DNA of 64,000 bases from NCBI GenBank assembly GCA_048013815.1, contig CM106585.1, positions 6,324,001 to 6,388,000 of the forward strand. Direction: 5' to 3'. A program made the position numbers and the translations under genes. Below the pieces are notes generated by a model. The model was given only the letters and a program-made list of their open reading frames with translations, was not told the origin of the DNA and searched no databases. Shown piece by piece: positions 1 to 10,546 of this stretch; the first letter of the stretch is position 1; every line of letters starts with the position of its first letter. The stretch is from Setoptus koraiensis. Its lineage: Eukaryota > Animalia > Arthropoda.

Positions 1-1232
1 CGGCCAATTTGACCAGTGAAATCACCTTCGGGAATGAGTGTTCTGTCTCTGGCAATCAAAAAGCCGATCAGATGGTATCGCTGAAGGCTACATTCGATTG
101 GTCTCAAGATCAGCGAGACATGATTGTCCGTGCTATGGCAACAAGATCCGAGAGTAACGATATAGAGGCCGCTGAGAGTCTCATTAACAACAAATTCTCC
201 GATTTGTACAACAGGTGCGTCACCAACAGAAAACAATTTCAAACACCTATGGATGGAGCATGTTTGGCCTACCTGGCCAAAGTGTCCGAACTAACAAATG
301 TTCAGGCCACCTTTGATTACAAGAAAGTTCCAGCAAGGTGGACGAGTCTGTTGAAGAAGCTAGGATCACTGTACACGTTGGCGAGGGCAACTTACATTGA
401 AGAGGCCGAAGAGACGCCCGGCAAACAACAATCCGACACCACCGATAAGGCAGCCTCGCAAGAGAATCGCGCTTACCTGAGCGCAAATATGACCTCTTGC
501 TCTAAGGACAGGAGGTTGACATTTAAATTTGACACTCCAGGATATAGTGTAACATTCAATAGTCTACCGGTATCATTTATGCCACCGTCGTCATATCCGT
601 TGTTCGACCTGTCATATTTTCAAAGATTGAGTCATCGTCGTGGAGACACAAGATTTTGTTCAATTGGTGGCAATTCTGTGACCACATTCGACAATATGAC
701 TATGCCATTACCTAACATTGAGGATGATTGCTACAAGGTGTTGAGCAAAGATTGTTCGCCAGAAAAGAATTTCATGGTGCTCGGTGCCAAGAAGGGCAAG
801 GGTAAACAATTGTGCATTTATGTTGGCCAAAAGTTTAGAATTGATTTTATACCAAATGCCCAGGGCAACAAAATCGCCGATATCAAAGTCAATGACGCCT
901 CTATTACGGTGGAACAATCTAAGCCATACAAAAAGGATACCATGTTCGGTCAAAAGCCTGCCGAGGCCTTTGAAATTAGCTATAACGGCGCTTTCTATAG
1001 CTTGACGTCAAAGGCATACAGATTCTCTGCTATGACCGACGGTGCGTGGATTTTGGTTAACCAAGACAAATACTATGCAGGTAAATCTTGTGGTATTTGC
1101 GGTGACGCCAATGGTGAACAAACAACCGAACTGAGATCACCAAGTGGGTGCCTTTACAAAAATACCAACGATTTCATATGGTCTTACACAATACCATCAA
1201 CATGTAAATCGCGACCAACCAAGGCCTGCTAG
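1..1232 (+). CDS. Vg: Vitellogenin, C-terminal part (VWD domain); 5'-truncated by window edge
   Basis: Frame open from the window start to TAG at 1230-1232. VWD-type sequence with vitellogenin GICG motif (SCGICGDANGE) and C-terminal Cys. Confidence 0.85.
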   Translation, partial: ANLTSEITFGNECSVSGNQKADQMVSLKATFDWSQDQRDMIVRAMATRSESNDIEAAESLINNKFSDLYNRCVTNRKQFQTPMDGACLAYLAKVSELTNVQATFDYKKVPARWTSLLKKLGSLYTLARATYIEEAEETPGKQQSDTTDKAASQENRAYLSANMTSCSKDRRLTFKFDTPGYSVTFNSLPVSFMPPSSYPLFDLSYFQRLSHRRGDTRFCSIGGNSVTTFDNMTMPLPNIEDDCYKVLSKDCSPEKNFMVLGAKKGKGKQLCIYVGQKFRIDFIPNAQGNKIADIKVNDASITVEQSKPYKKDTMFGQKPAEAFEISYNGAFYSLTSKAYRFSAMTDGAWILVNQDKYYAGKSCGICGDANGEQTTELRSPSGCLYKNTNDFIWSYTIPSTCKSRPTKAC

Positions 1233-1553
1233 ATTCGGTGAGCCTGCCATTTTTACAACATGAACAAAATAAAGTACTTACACAATTGTTATTGATTGTG
1301 TAAGCGAAAAGTAATATCAAGCTTCTATACTGTCTCATGACGTTATCGTCTTCAGTAAGGATGTGTTGAATTTTGAAAAATTTTTGCAAACTGTGCTTCT
1401 TGTTGTGGATGTGACAGAGCACCTCGAGATGAGTATTTTCACTCATGTTTTACTTCCGGTTCATGCTCCCATCACTTCTATTTTCGGAATCATGGATTTT
1501 TTCCCTAATCGAGACCCCGGGGGTGCCCATAAAGGGAAGGCAATAATCGTACA

Positions 1554-1657
1554 ATCGCGAACATAAATTTGGAGACACAAGGGGGGTAGCAGCTCTTTTT
1601 TGCGCAGACAAACACACGCTACTGTCCCCCTCGTGTCTTCAAATTTATGTTCGCGAT
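1554..1657. other. Imperfect inverted repeat forming a ~104-nt hairpin (pre-miRNA-like or tiny MITE)
   Basis: Left arm ATCGCGAACATAAATTTGGAGACACAAGGGGGG pairs with right arm TCCCCCTCGTGTCTTCAAATTTATGTTCGCGAT; the first 18 bp are perfect. Confidence 0.8.
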
Positions 1658-1998
1658 CGTATTCTCGATCGATTTCTCCTTAGGAGTTCGGCGACGAACG
1701 AGCACTAGTACAATGGGAGTGTTAGCGCATTATTCAAAATGAATGGGAGACTCCCCTGCTGAGCTCTGACTTTGGCGCTGGCGCCACGTGGGAGATAAAC
1801 ACATGTCATAGGCTCCCTGCGGCACGTTTTTCGCTACACTCTCACAAATACGGTGTGCTGATATGCAGTCGTCCTCTGTTGTTTGCATTCTCTTTGTTAT
1901 TGCCTGTATACGTTTACAAATAACCAATTCTTTCGTTACTATTCATCTAATCACCACTTGATATCACATTTGTTTTATTAATATCATCTACACTGAAC

Positions 1999-2847
1999 AT
2001 GGCCAGCATAAAGGCGCTCAGACTCTACTCACAATTTATCCAGAGCAATAGAAGAACAGCGAGCTATAGTTGCTGTCTTACATATCTAAATAGAAAGCTA
2101 TGTGGTGATAGATTAGCTAGATTGTTAGCTACATCATCGGCAGTCAACTGTCCCACTAGTAACTTCAAGCCAAGTGAAGTGATGGCAAAGGAACGATACG
2201 ATCTGAGATCTGGGGAAGACACAGAAACAAAACGATCCCGACTATTGTATCAAAGCAGAAAACGTGGCATGCTCGAAAACGGACTCATACTCGCTTCCTT
2301 TGCCGACAAGTATCTCCATGGATTGGACGCCGAGCAACTAGATCAATATGATCGTCTCATAAATTTGCCCACCAACGATTGGGACATTTACTATTGGGCC
2401 ACCAAGACCAAACCTACACCCGAGGAGTTTGAAACACCTATTATGACAAAATTGCGCGATCATCTCAATCTAAAGGTGAGTGAAAGCCCAGAATTATTTC
2501 CTAGCTTTCATAAGAATGGAAGCTATCTTGATGATACGAACACAACAGAGATTGCAAACGACTATGTCGAACAAGATGACAATAGACTCGCCTATGTGGA
2601 TCCAAATCATCCTGTGGATTTAGATCTAGATCCGAGAACCATCGATATAACTAATCCGGAGACCATATTCTCAGATCACGTAATCAAATTACCTGGCAAT
2701 CAGACAATGGTAAAGATGACGAAGTGGAGGAAGGATTTTTTTCTAAAACGAATGCGTCGAACGATGCCAGCTCCTGTATCCTTGACTGGTCTCGGCGACG
2801 GAAGCAATCCAAGGTGTGAATCGAAAAATGAATTTGAGTTCACCTGA
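1999..2847 (+). CDS. SDHAF2: Succinate dehydrogenase assembly factor 2 (Sdh5 family) with ~110-aa C-terminal extension
   Basis: Basic N-terminal targeting-like peptide; [25 protein letters not shown] and [10 protein letters not shown] hallmark motifs. Confidence 0.93.
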   Translation: MASIKALRLYSQFIQSNRRTASYSCCLTYLNRKLCGDRLARLLATSSAVNCPTSNFKPSEVMAKERYDLRSGEDTETKRSRLLYQSRKRGMLENGLILASFADKYLHGLDAEQLDQYDRLINLPTNDWDIYYWATKTKPTPEEFETPIMTKLRDHLNLKVSESPELFPSFHKNGSYLDDTNTTEIANDYVEQDDNRLAYVDPNHPVDLDLDPRTIDITNPETIFSDHVIKLPGNQTMVKMTKWRKDFFLKRMRRTMPAPVSLTGLGDGSNPRCESKNEFEFT

Positions 2848-2931
2848 CACTATTATTGGCTCATAGTTAAATAACATAGAGATTATATATTTCAACTACT
2901 AATACATCCTGATCTGTCTTGTTATCTTTAG

Positions 2932-5113
2932 GTTCTGGACGCAAAAAATTCGGGAGATAGTGGAAAGGGTTGGAACCCAAAATAATCGACGTAGCAACGA
3001 TCGTATAGATTCTGGTTTGGAGTTTTCATCTTCTCTTATTTGGATGATTGAAAATGAGCCAGAAATTGTAAAGAGAGACAATCCCGAGATCTACGAATTA
3101 TATCACAAAAAACAAGAGCTAGAAGAACTACAAAAAAACATCGATATTGAACGCAACACTAATCTGATAAATGAGATTTCTAGATTTCCTCACATTATCT
3201 CGGAAGTCATATTGGAAGAAAAAAACAAATTAATCGTGGACAGTAGTAGAAAAGCTAAACATTTAATTGGGTTGGAGAACGAAACTGAGACCACTAATAA
3301 CAGGCCATTTTTGTTGGAAGGGCAATGTCCAAGATTTGCAATCACTGGCGAGGTCGATGAAGACTTCGATAAATACTTAAAGCATCACAACATACTTCAA
3401 GAAATATCTATAAAGCAAACAACAGGAGATGCTGAGGAATATGACAGGGAAATAGAGGCCTGGGCCGATTCATTATGGCACAGAAACTACGGCTCCTCTG
3501 ACTTGTACATGCCACCAAGTAAAATTCCATGTGGAGGTTGTGGTGCGGTCCTGCATTGTAGCGACCCTGGAATCCCTGGTTTTCTACCGAAGGAACTTTA
3601 CACAAGTCATATGAATGACGGTTCAAACGAGGATGGTCTTTTAGGAAAAAAGTGTCAGCGATGTAAGTTCATGGATACTTACAATGTAGCTCTAGATGTA
3701 AATGTGTCGAGATTCGATTACGCTAACTTGATGAGTCACCTCAAGAAAGATCCTCATGCCGTGGTAGTGCTTCTGGTAGATATTTTAGATTTTCCATGTA
3801 GTGTGTGGCCTGGTATCTTGGACGTTATAGGACCCAATAGAAAAGTTTACGTAGTTGGCAACAAAGTCGACCTTCTCCCCAAAGATTCTGATGATTACTT
3901 GGAACGAGTCAAAGAATCATTAGAACTCAGCTTACGAACTCGTCTACGATGGGATGATCGTAATCTTCAATTGGCTGATGTATCTCTAATAAGTGCTAAG
4001 ACCGGCTTTGGAATAGAACATCTCATAACAAAACTTATAAATGCACATGTCACGCAACGAAATATCTATTTGGTAGGTTGCACCAATGTTGGGAAATCTA
4101 CTTTTTTCAACACACTACTGCAGTCAGATCTATGTGGAATACGTGAAAACGACATTATTACTCGCGCATCAACTAGTGTATGGCCGGGAACAACTTTGAA
4201 CATACTGAAGTTTCCAATCGCTAAATTTCAAGGTTGGCAATTGGAGTTGCGTAAGGCCCGCCTCATCAGACAACAGCGCAAAAAGAAAACTGAAATATTG
4301 AGGATGGCAAGCCTCTCTCAACGTCGACAAAAATCGACCCCTCATATGTCGATGTTGATCGAGAGAGTTGAACCTAGCTTTAAGAGTAAAATACCAGTGA
4401 GAATGGAGAGTGGTCATCCGATGTCGGACAAAGTTTTAGAGATAAGCAAATTAAGGCCTTTCGACGCGACAAGTGCAAGATTTTCCAATCATAGTTTTTT
4501 TCATGATACCCCTGGTACCTGTCATAGTGATCAGATCTTGGACCTACTCACCTCAGAAGAGTTGCTGAGGGCCATGCCACGAGAAACAATCATACCTCGA
4601 ACATTCACGATGAGACCATTACATTCATTATTTATATCTGGATTGGCGAGGATAGATGTGCTGACATCAACGTCTAGCATCTGGCTGACTGTATTTGCTT
4701 CTAATTATCTTCCCATACACATTGTCGAAACTAAGGAGGCTGAGCGTTTCTATTACACCTATCTAGGAACATCGTACCTGGGAGTGCCCTTAGGTAACAA
4801 AAAACGTTTTGAATCTTGGCCAGAGTTACAAAGTTTACCACATGAGCATACCTACGAAATTCGTGGAACGATAAAAGGTTGGAAAGAAGGTATATGCGAC
4901 ATAGTACTATCGAATGCAGGGTGGATACTCGTAACGACAGGTCCCGATCAAGATTGTATAATAAAGGCGTTCACTCCCGAGGGTCGAGGAATACACCGAC
5001 GAGATCGGCCTCTTCTCCCCGAAGCGTGCCACTTGAAAGGAAAACGCATAAGGGATACACCGTGTTACAACAATTCCTTCTACAGTGTGGATCAGATGCA
5101 AGTGCCTAGATAA
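2932..5113 (+). CDS. NOA1: Nitric oxide-associated 1 / mitochondrial circularly permuted GTPase; exon starts at acceptor 2931
   Basis: Zinc-binding CGGCG..C and CQRC; G4 NKVD, G5 SAK, G1 GCTNVGKS, G3 DTPG in permuted order. Branch-like TACTAAT and CTTTAG acceptor at 2896-2931. Confidence 0.93.
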
Positions 5114-5122
5114 CTCAATATG

Positions 5123-5168
5123 TAACTGTAATAAATTTAGTCCACTAAACTGTAATACACTAGTCCAC
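5123..5168 (+). repeat. Imperfect 23-nt tandem duplication just after NOA1 stop
   Basis: TAACTGTAATAAATTTAGTCCAC followed by TAAACTGTAATACACTAGTCCAC. Confidence 0.7.
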
Positions 5169-7322
5169 AGTCACTAAAATGGGTAGTGAACGTATTTAAA
5201 TATCCGGTGAAAGTCTCGAACATTTTGGAAAGACTTGTTTGGTTAGATGATGCTTCGCCAGGGCTCCAGTTACCACCCTCCCATCATCGCGGTTTCATGT
5301 CGGTCTTCGGGGTTCCCGTTGTGGTCCATCAACCACACTTCCGGTGCATATCAGCCTCATCACGAGGAACAATGAAGAGTTCAAAAAAGCAGGTGGCAGG
5401 ACTGGCTCCAGAATTGGACACTATTGGAAGAGGCCTTTTTCACTCATTGTCGGTTTTGCTAACTATGCGGAGTATGTAGGCCCAGGGTATGAGTCAAAGC
5501 ACGCTCACTCGAACAAGTCACTTGTGATTTCTTGAGATTTTTCAATAGACAAACAAAACACAAATAAGTCTACTACAACAAAGCTAGCACAGGCGCCTCT
5601 TACATGTTGTTGGACGTCCAGTGCCTTAGTGCAGCAGAGTTTATCCACTATTAACTCTGATAGGTTTTCTCTTGAAAAAAAATTAATTTACAAGTATTCA
5701 CAGTAAAACTGTACTGGATTACGCCGATTTTCGCTATCAGCATATTTTTATCGTGTAACCTTCATTAAACAACACAATGGCTGTTGATCGTGCAAAACTG
5801 TGTAAAAGTTGTTTATTCCAAGATTCGTTCTCCCATATACAATGGCGCCAGGAGGCAAGTGATGCTAGAGCTCCCTCTCGCGTCTCCCTGTTTGACCAAC
5901 ATTTTTACGAATCTCCCCGGTCCCATACAGTTTGCGCTCGTTTTTATGGCAGCTCATAGGGGAAAGGCATCATGTGTTCCACCTTGCGCATAACCGATAA
6001 GCTTTGGATTTGTGTACAACTACACGCAGGGCAAAGCGTCTGAAGCTTTCCCCCAATATCGAGTGGTTGTGCATTTATCAACAAACAGAAAAAATCTCCG
6101 TTTTGGGATAAAGCATTACAGAAATTCCCGCTTTATGGTGCTTTGTCTGAGAAAGACGTTTGCATTATCGGATTTGAACAACAAGTCAGTTCAATGGTGT
6201 TACATTCTAAAATATATTTTGAACGCTGCGCCGCTTGTTTAGGTGCACTCTGTACAATGAAGGCTGTCTGACGATACGTTAGCACAGATCGTACTGGCGT
6301 AGCATTCATGGACAGAGAATGAATCACTAGACAGGCTGCACGCAATAAACAACAGCGAAACCCAGGCACAACTCATTTGTGAACGTTCTGTGCCTTGAGC
6401 AGCACAGTGCGTTCTGTGGAAAACACTTTAGAGAAAAGACTTGCCTGTACAGAGTTGCCTGAGACACCCTATAGTGTTTGTCCGTGTATCTGAATGTGTG
6501 TGTGTTGTTGTGAGCGCCTCGAAGGCGCATGGCTCCGGCATTCTGTTACTGGTACACCCTGTACTTGTACCATTATAAATACAGCTCGCACACTTACAAT
6601 AAACCTGAGCTGTGAAGAAGACTAGTGTATAACACAGCAGTGTGTGTGAGTTTTGTTGGACCACCAAACACATAAAGTACAGTACGGTATAGTAGTGCGC
6701 AAAGTGGCTAAAGCAACACACATTCACACACAGAGCACACTGAAGCGTAGTATCATAATACTAACGCTATGAGCCAGTCAGGCAGGCTCAGAAGCAGCTC
6801 TAAACTATAGGGTGACCACATACTTTTGACAACTGCGCGGCAATGACAATGCACTGAATGTACTACGGCGTGCAGCGAGCCTAAAATTAATTCTCTATGA
6901 GCACATGTGCACTTAAACGTATGTGTTTTAGTTACAGTGAAAGTCGCTGAACGAGCACAAAGCTCACGCAGGGGGTATAATCATCGGGGCTATACTGGCT
7001 CGCCTGCGTTTGTATCCCCCTTCATCTGTGGATATCATACTACTATTCACAGTATTAATAGTGCATTTTTCAAATTCTCGCGGTATGCGCATAAGTGCAA
7101 CTATACAGTAGAATTAACTGAAATACAAACTTGTGTTCATGTTAGACTAATAATGCGCGCACTGAATCACCTTTTTCGTGCCGAAAAATGGTTATCGCTG
7201 CGCAAAACTCAAAACTATGCGCTCACCCTATATTGGTGATTGGTGCAAGTACGCGACGACGAAAAACTGCTGCTATTACTGCTGCAAACTGCAGTGTTAA
7301 TATAAATGTATATGTATAGGTT

Positions 7323-7339
7323 TATATATATATATATAT
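7323..7339. repeat. (TA)n microsatellite upstream of Bre1
   Basis: TATATATATATATATAT read directly. Confidence 0.9.
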
Positions 7340-7506
7340 TCATATATATTTATCACTAGAAGCAACTATACCTTTCCTAATGCTATGTACACCATTATTA
7401 GTATTAAGACGACGACGACGACAATGACTATATTTACAGATTAACATGAATTTAACGATATTACAACAACTGTGGTTGTTTACGTTAACATTACTATTAT
7501 AATATT

Positions 7507-9927
7507 ATGTCAATCATGTTGTCTCCATCATCAAAAAAAATCAGATTAGATCATCCACCATTACCTGTATCCTCTGGTGAGGAATTAAATTTAGTTATAC
7601 TTGAGGAGCAAAACAAAAGATTGCGTAGTAATCATACGCACAGATTGAGGATTGAAGCCGATCTCAAGAATAGGATCCAACAATTAGAGGAGACACTCAA
7701 ATTATGTGAGAACAAGGAACCCCAAGAACAATTAAGTATAGTTAATGAAGATCTTAGAAATAGATGTGATGAACTTGAGTGTGAGCTCAATAAATCTAGA
7801 CTCAATGAGAGGAGGTTGGAGGAATATATAAATGATGTTAAGGACACCTTATCTAACGCTAAAAGATTATCTGCCTCACATCCAGCAAACGTTGTCGATA
7901 GTATTAGAAACTCATCTACAGTCAATTGCCATACTGACCTTAACAAAATCAATCAAAACTCCTTATCGAACAACGCTGGCGGCTCTAGCGGAGATAAATG
8001 TTCCTCCAACAATTGTTTACAATCATCTCAAAACGAAAACAATGACGGATTAGTTTTGAACCATACCAAATATGACGAGTTACACAGCGAACTAGACGAC
8101 CAGAGAGAACTAGCAACCAAAAGATTATTGGAACTAGAGAAACTCAATGAGTCTCACGCAGAGGCATTGATTCTGATTGAAAAACTTAAATTAGAGGCCA
8201 GATGTATACCAGCGTCTGTCATTTTTGAAAGCGCTGAGTATAAGACCTTGCAAAGTCATTTCAGTGTTTTATATAATGAAGCCACAGTATTGAGAACACA
8301 GCTTGAAGAGGCTAAAACTCAAATTTTAGACATGAAAAATTCTCATCTCAAACAAATTGAAATGATGGAAACAGAGGAGATGTCTATTCAAAAGAAATTA
8401 CGCGCGGAATTGATTCAGCTCGAAGAAAGTCTAGCTCAACTTAGGCGAGAGTACGATATGCTTAGGTTAGAGTTTGAGTCTGCTCTACAGGCTAATGACC
8501 AATTGGGACCAATGAATAATGAATTTAAACAACAAAATGATTCCCTGAAAGCCCTTAATGAGCAACTCAAAGGCGAAATTCATCGATTCAAAAGGAAATA
8601 CGCAGAGACAAGGTCAGCTTTAGAAAAAGCACATCGTCAGATTGAATCGCTTTCTCAGAGCAGTGCAACAAACAAACCCCATTTACCACCGCCATCAAAT
8701 AATAGTCATCTACCCTCTGCAAATTCTGGGACCCCTTCAGCATCAGCTGAAAATTCCCTGACAAATTCATCTACAAACTCTCACAATGCTAACGTTTTTA
8801 CCTCGAAGCCTTTGAAGACGGAAATCAAACTAGAACATGCCTCCAACAACAATAATCACACCGTCAAACAAGATATCAAATCTGAGTTAGTCGAGCAACA
8901 TAATGTCAAGACAGAGCCTCAGTCACCGTTTCATGGTCAGACCCACCAAATCTCAACTGTCGCGTCGACAAAGAACCCAGGTTCAACAACAAACTCAAAC
9001 GCGTCTAAGGTTCCCAATCACTCAACAAGTCTGTCCGTTAATCATACTGGTTCTTCTCAAATATCAAATCATAGTAACAACAGCAATCAATCCTCTTCCA
9101 CCCGAAAGATCAATGAACTCAAGGAGATGGTTCACAGTCTTCAGAAACAACTAACTGCTACAAAGCAAGAGGAAGATGCCTTAATGCACGAGATAGATGT
9201 CACAGGTCAAGCTTATGAGGAGATGCAAGAGCAAAACCAAAGGCTACTGCAGCAACTTACGGAAAAAGATGATGCCAACTTCAAGCTCATGTCAGAGCGA
9301 TTGAAGGCCAACGCCATACAAAAACTCCTCAACGACGAAAAGGTAGGCTTGACCGATGCCAATCACGTATTACTATCTAGAGTGCAAGCTCTGGAAACTG
9401 TCGTTAAAGGCCTACAAGAAAAAGAGCGCTTACTTCAGGAGAATCTTTCAACTCTTGAAAAAGAGCTAGCTCTACGAGAATCAATCTCGATCAAACATCG
9501 CCAGGCGACTGCAGAGTCACAACAAAGTCTATCCGAACTCAGACTAGATAGAGATAAATATTCGAAACAACTGGAGGAGATACAAACTACCCTTTCAGAA
9601 AAAACTTCGCAATTACAGCATGAATTGTTTAAAACTAGAAGGCTCACTGAAGAATTGGACTCATGGCGAAGGAAGTATGAACGTGCCAAAAAGTTCGAAT
9701 CAGCTTCATCTGCGGATGAAGTCTTATTAGAGGAGATCCGAGGGTACAAAGAACAATTAACTTGCCCGTCATGTAAGACCGCACCAAAAGATGCAGTTCT
9801 AACAAAATGTTTTCACGTATTCTGCTTCGAATGCTTAAAGACTCGTGTTGAAACGCGTCAAAGGAAGTGTCCAAAGTGCAACGCTCAATTCGGTGTAAAT
9901 GATTTTCATAGATTGTATCTAGCGTGA
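7507..9927 (+). CDS. Bre1: E3 ubiquitin ligase Bre1 (RNF20/40), intronless
   Basis: Long coiled coils, EIDVTGQAYEEMQEQNQRLLQQLTEKDDANFKLMSER and C-terminal RING CPSCKTAPKDAVLTKCFHVFCFECL..CPKC. Confidence 0.97.
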   Translation: MSIMLSPSSKKIRLDHPPLPVSSGEELNLVILEEQNKRLRSNHTHRLRIEADLKNRIQQLEETLKLCENKEPQEQLSIVNEDLRNRCDELECELNKSRLNERRLEEYINDVKDTLSNAKRLSASHPANVVDSIRNSSTVNCHTDLNKINQNSLSNNAGGSSGDKCSSNNCLQSSQNENNDGLVLNHTKYDELHSELDDQRELATKRLLELEKLNESHAEALILIEKLKLEARCIPASVIFESAEYKTLQSHFSVLYNEATVLRTQLEEAKTQILDMKNSHLKQIEMMETEEMSIQKKLRAELIQLEESLAQLRREYDMLRLEFESALQANDQLGPMNNEFKQQNDSLKALNEQLKGEIHRFKRKYAETRSALEKAHRQIESLSQSSATNKPHLPPPSNNSHLPSANSGTPSASAENSLTNSSTNSHNANVFTSKPLKTEIKLEHASNNNNHTVKQDIKSELVEQHNVKTEPQSPFHGQTHQISTVASTKNPGSTTNSNASKVPNHSTSLSVNHTGSSQISNHSNNSNQSSSTRKINELKEMVHSLQKQLTATKQEEDALMHEIDVTGQAYEEMQEQNQRLLQQLTEKDDANFKLMSERLKANAIQKLLNDEKVGLTDANHVLLSRVQALETVVKGLQEKERLLQENLSTLEKELALRESISIKHRQATAESQQSLSELRLDRDKYSKQLEEIQTTLSEKTSQLQHELFKTRRLTEELDSWRRKYERAKKFESASSADEVLLEEIRGYKEQLTCPSCKTAPKDAVLTKCFHVFCFECLKTRVETRQRKCPKCNAQFGVNDFHRLYLA

Positions 9928-10546
9928 TTTTATATTCGGTGATAATAGTAAAAATTTATAGCGGTGTTCTATTTATTATATGATTACAACCCAACTAAAC
10001 CCTAGGAAGCTGCGATTCTCACGTTGGTACCGTTAGAAGCATCCTCAATTCACTCCTCCGATTCGTACTGTGGTACCATTAATTTTGTGTTAAATAGTTA
10101 TTGTGAAATTATCGAGTAATTTCATCCATGTGTATAGATCAATTATTGCATAATACGAACGATATCATCTTGAATTGTTGAAATCAATATCCCTCCGGCA
10201 TTTATTCTTTGTCTCATTACGTAAAAAGCTTTGTTTTGTTTTCGCGATATGCACCCTAAACTGCCCTATACACTGTACTGTATGGGCCTCGCAATGCGAA
10301 TGTAAACATTAGCTCTTACTACGCGTGCGCAAACGATTTTTTTTTCAAATCTCCCGCAATGGTCGACATGCGAGAGTGTGCAGCTTTCTCTGCTAACTTG
10401 TGACTTTCGCAGTAACTCATCGTGAAAATCTGCGATTTATCCACCGATATTTTGAACCACCTGCATGATCTGATCATCAGCATTTTTACACTGAAACAAA
10501 TATCGTTTTTTATTAATTATATTAAGTCTATTTCTGTTAACTCGAC

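Noticed and set aside
5340-5560. U3 snoRNA on minus strand (TGAGCG, GTGATGA, CTGA)
   Set aside because: No box A/A' or C', and box spacing is incompatible with U3.
5777-7239. Cluster of 60-110 aa ORFs upstream of Bre1
   Set aside because: No recognisable motifs, several use non-ATG starts, and composition suggests regulatory or UTR DNA.
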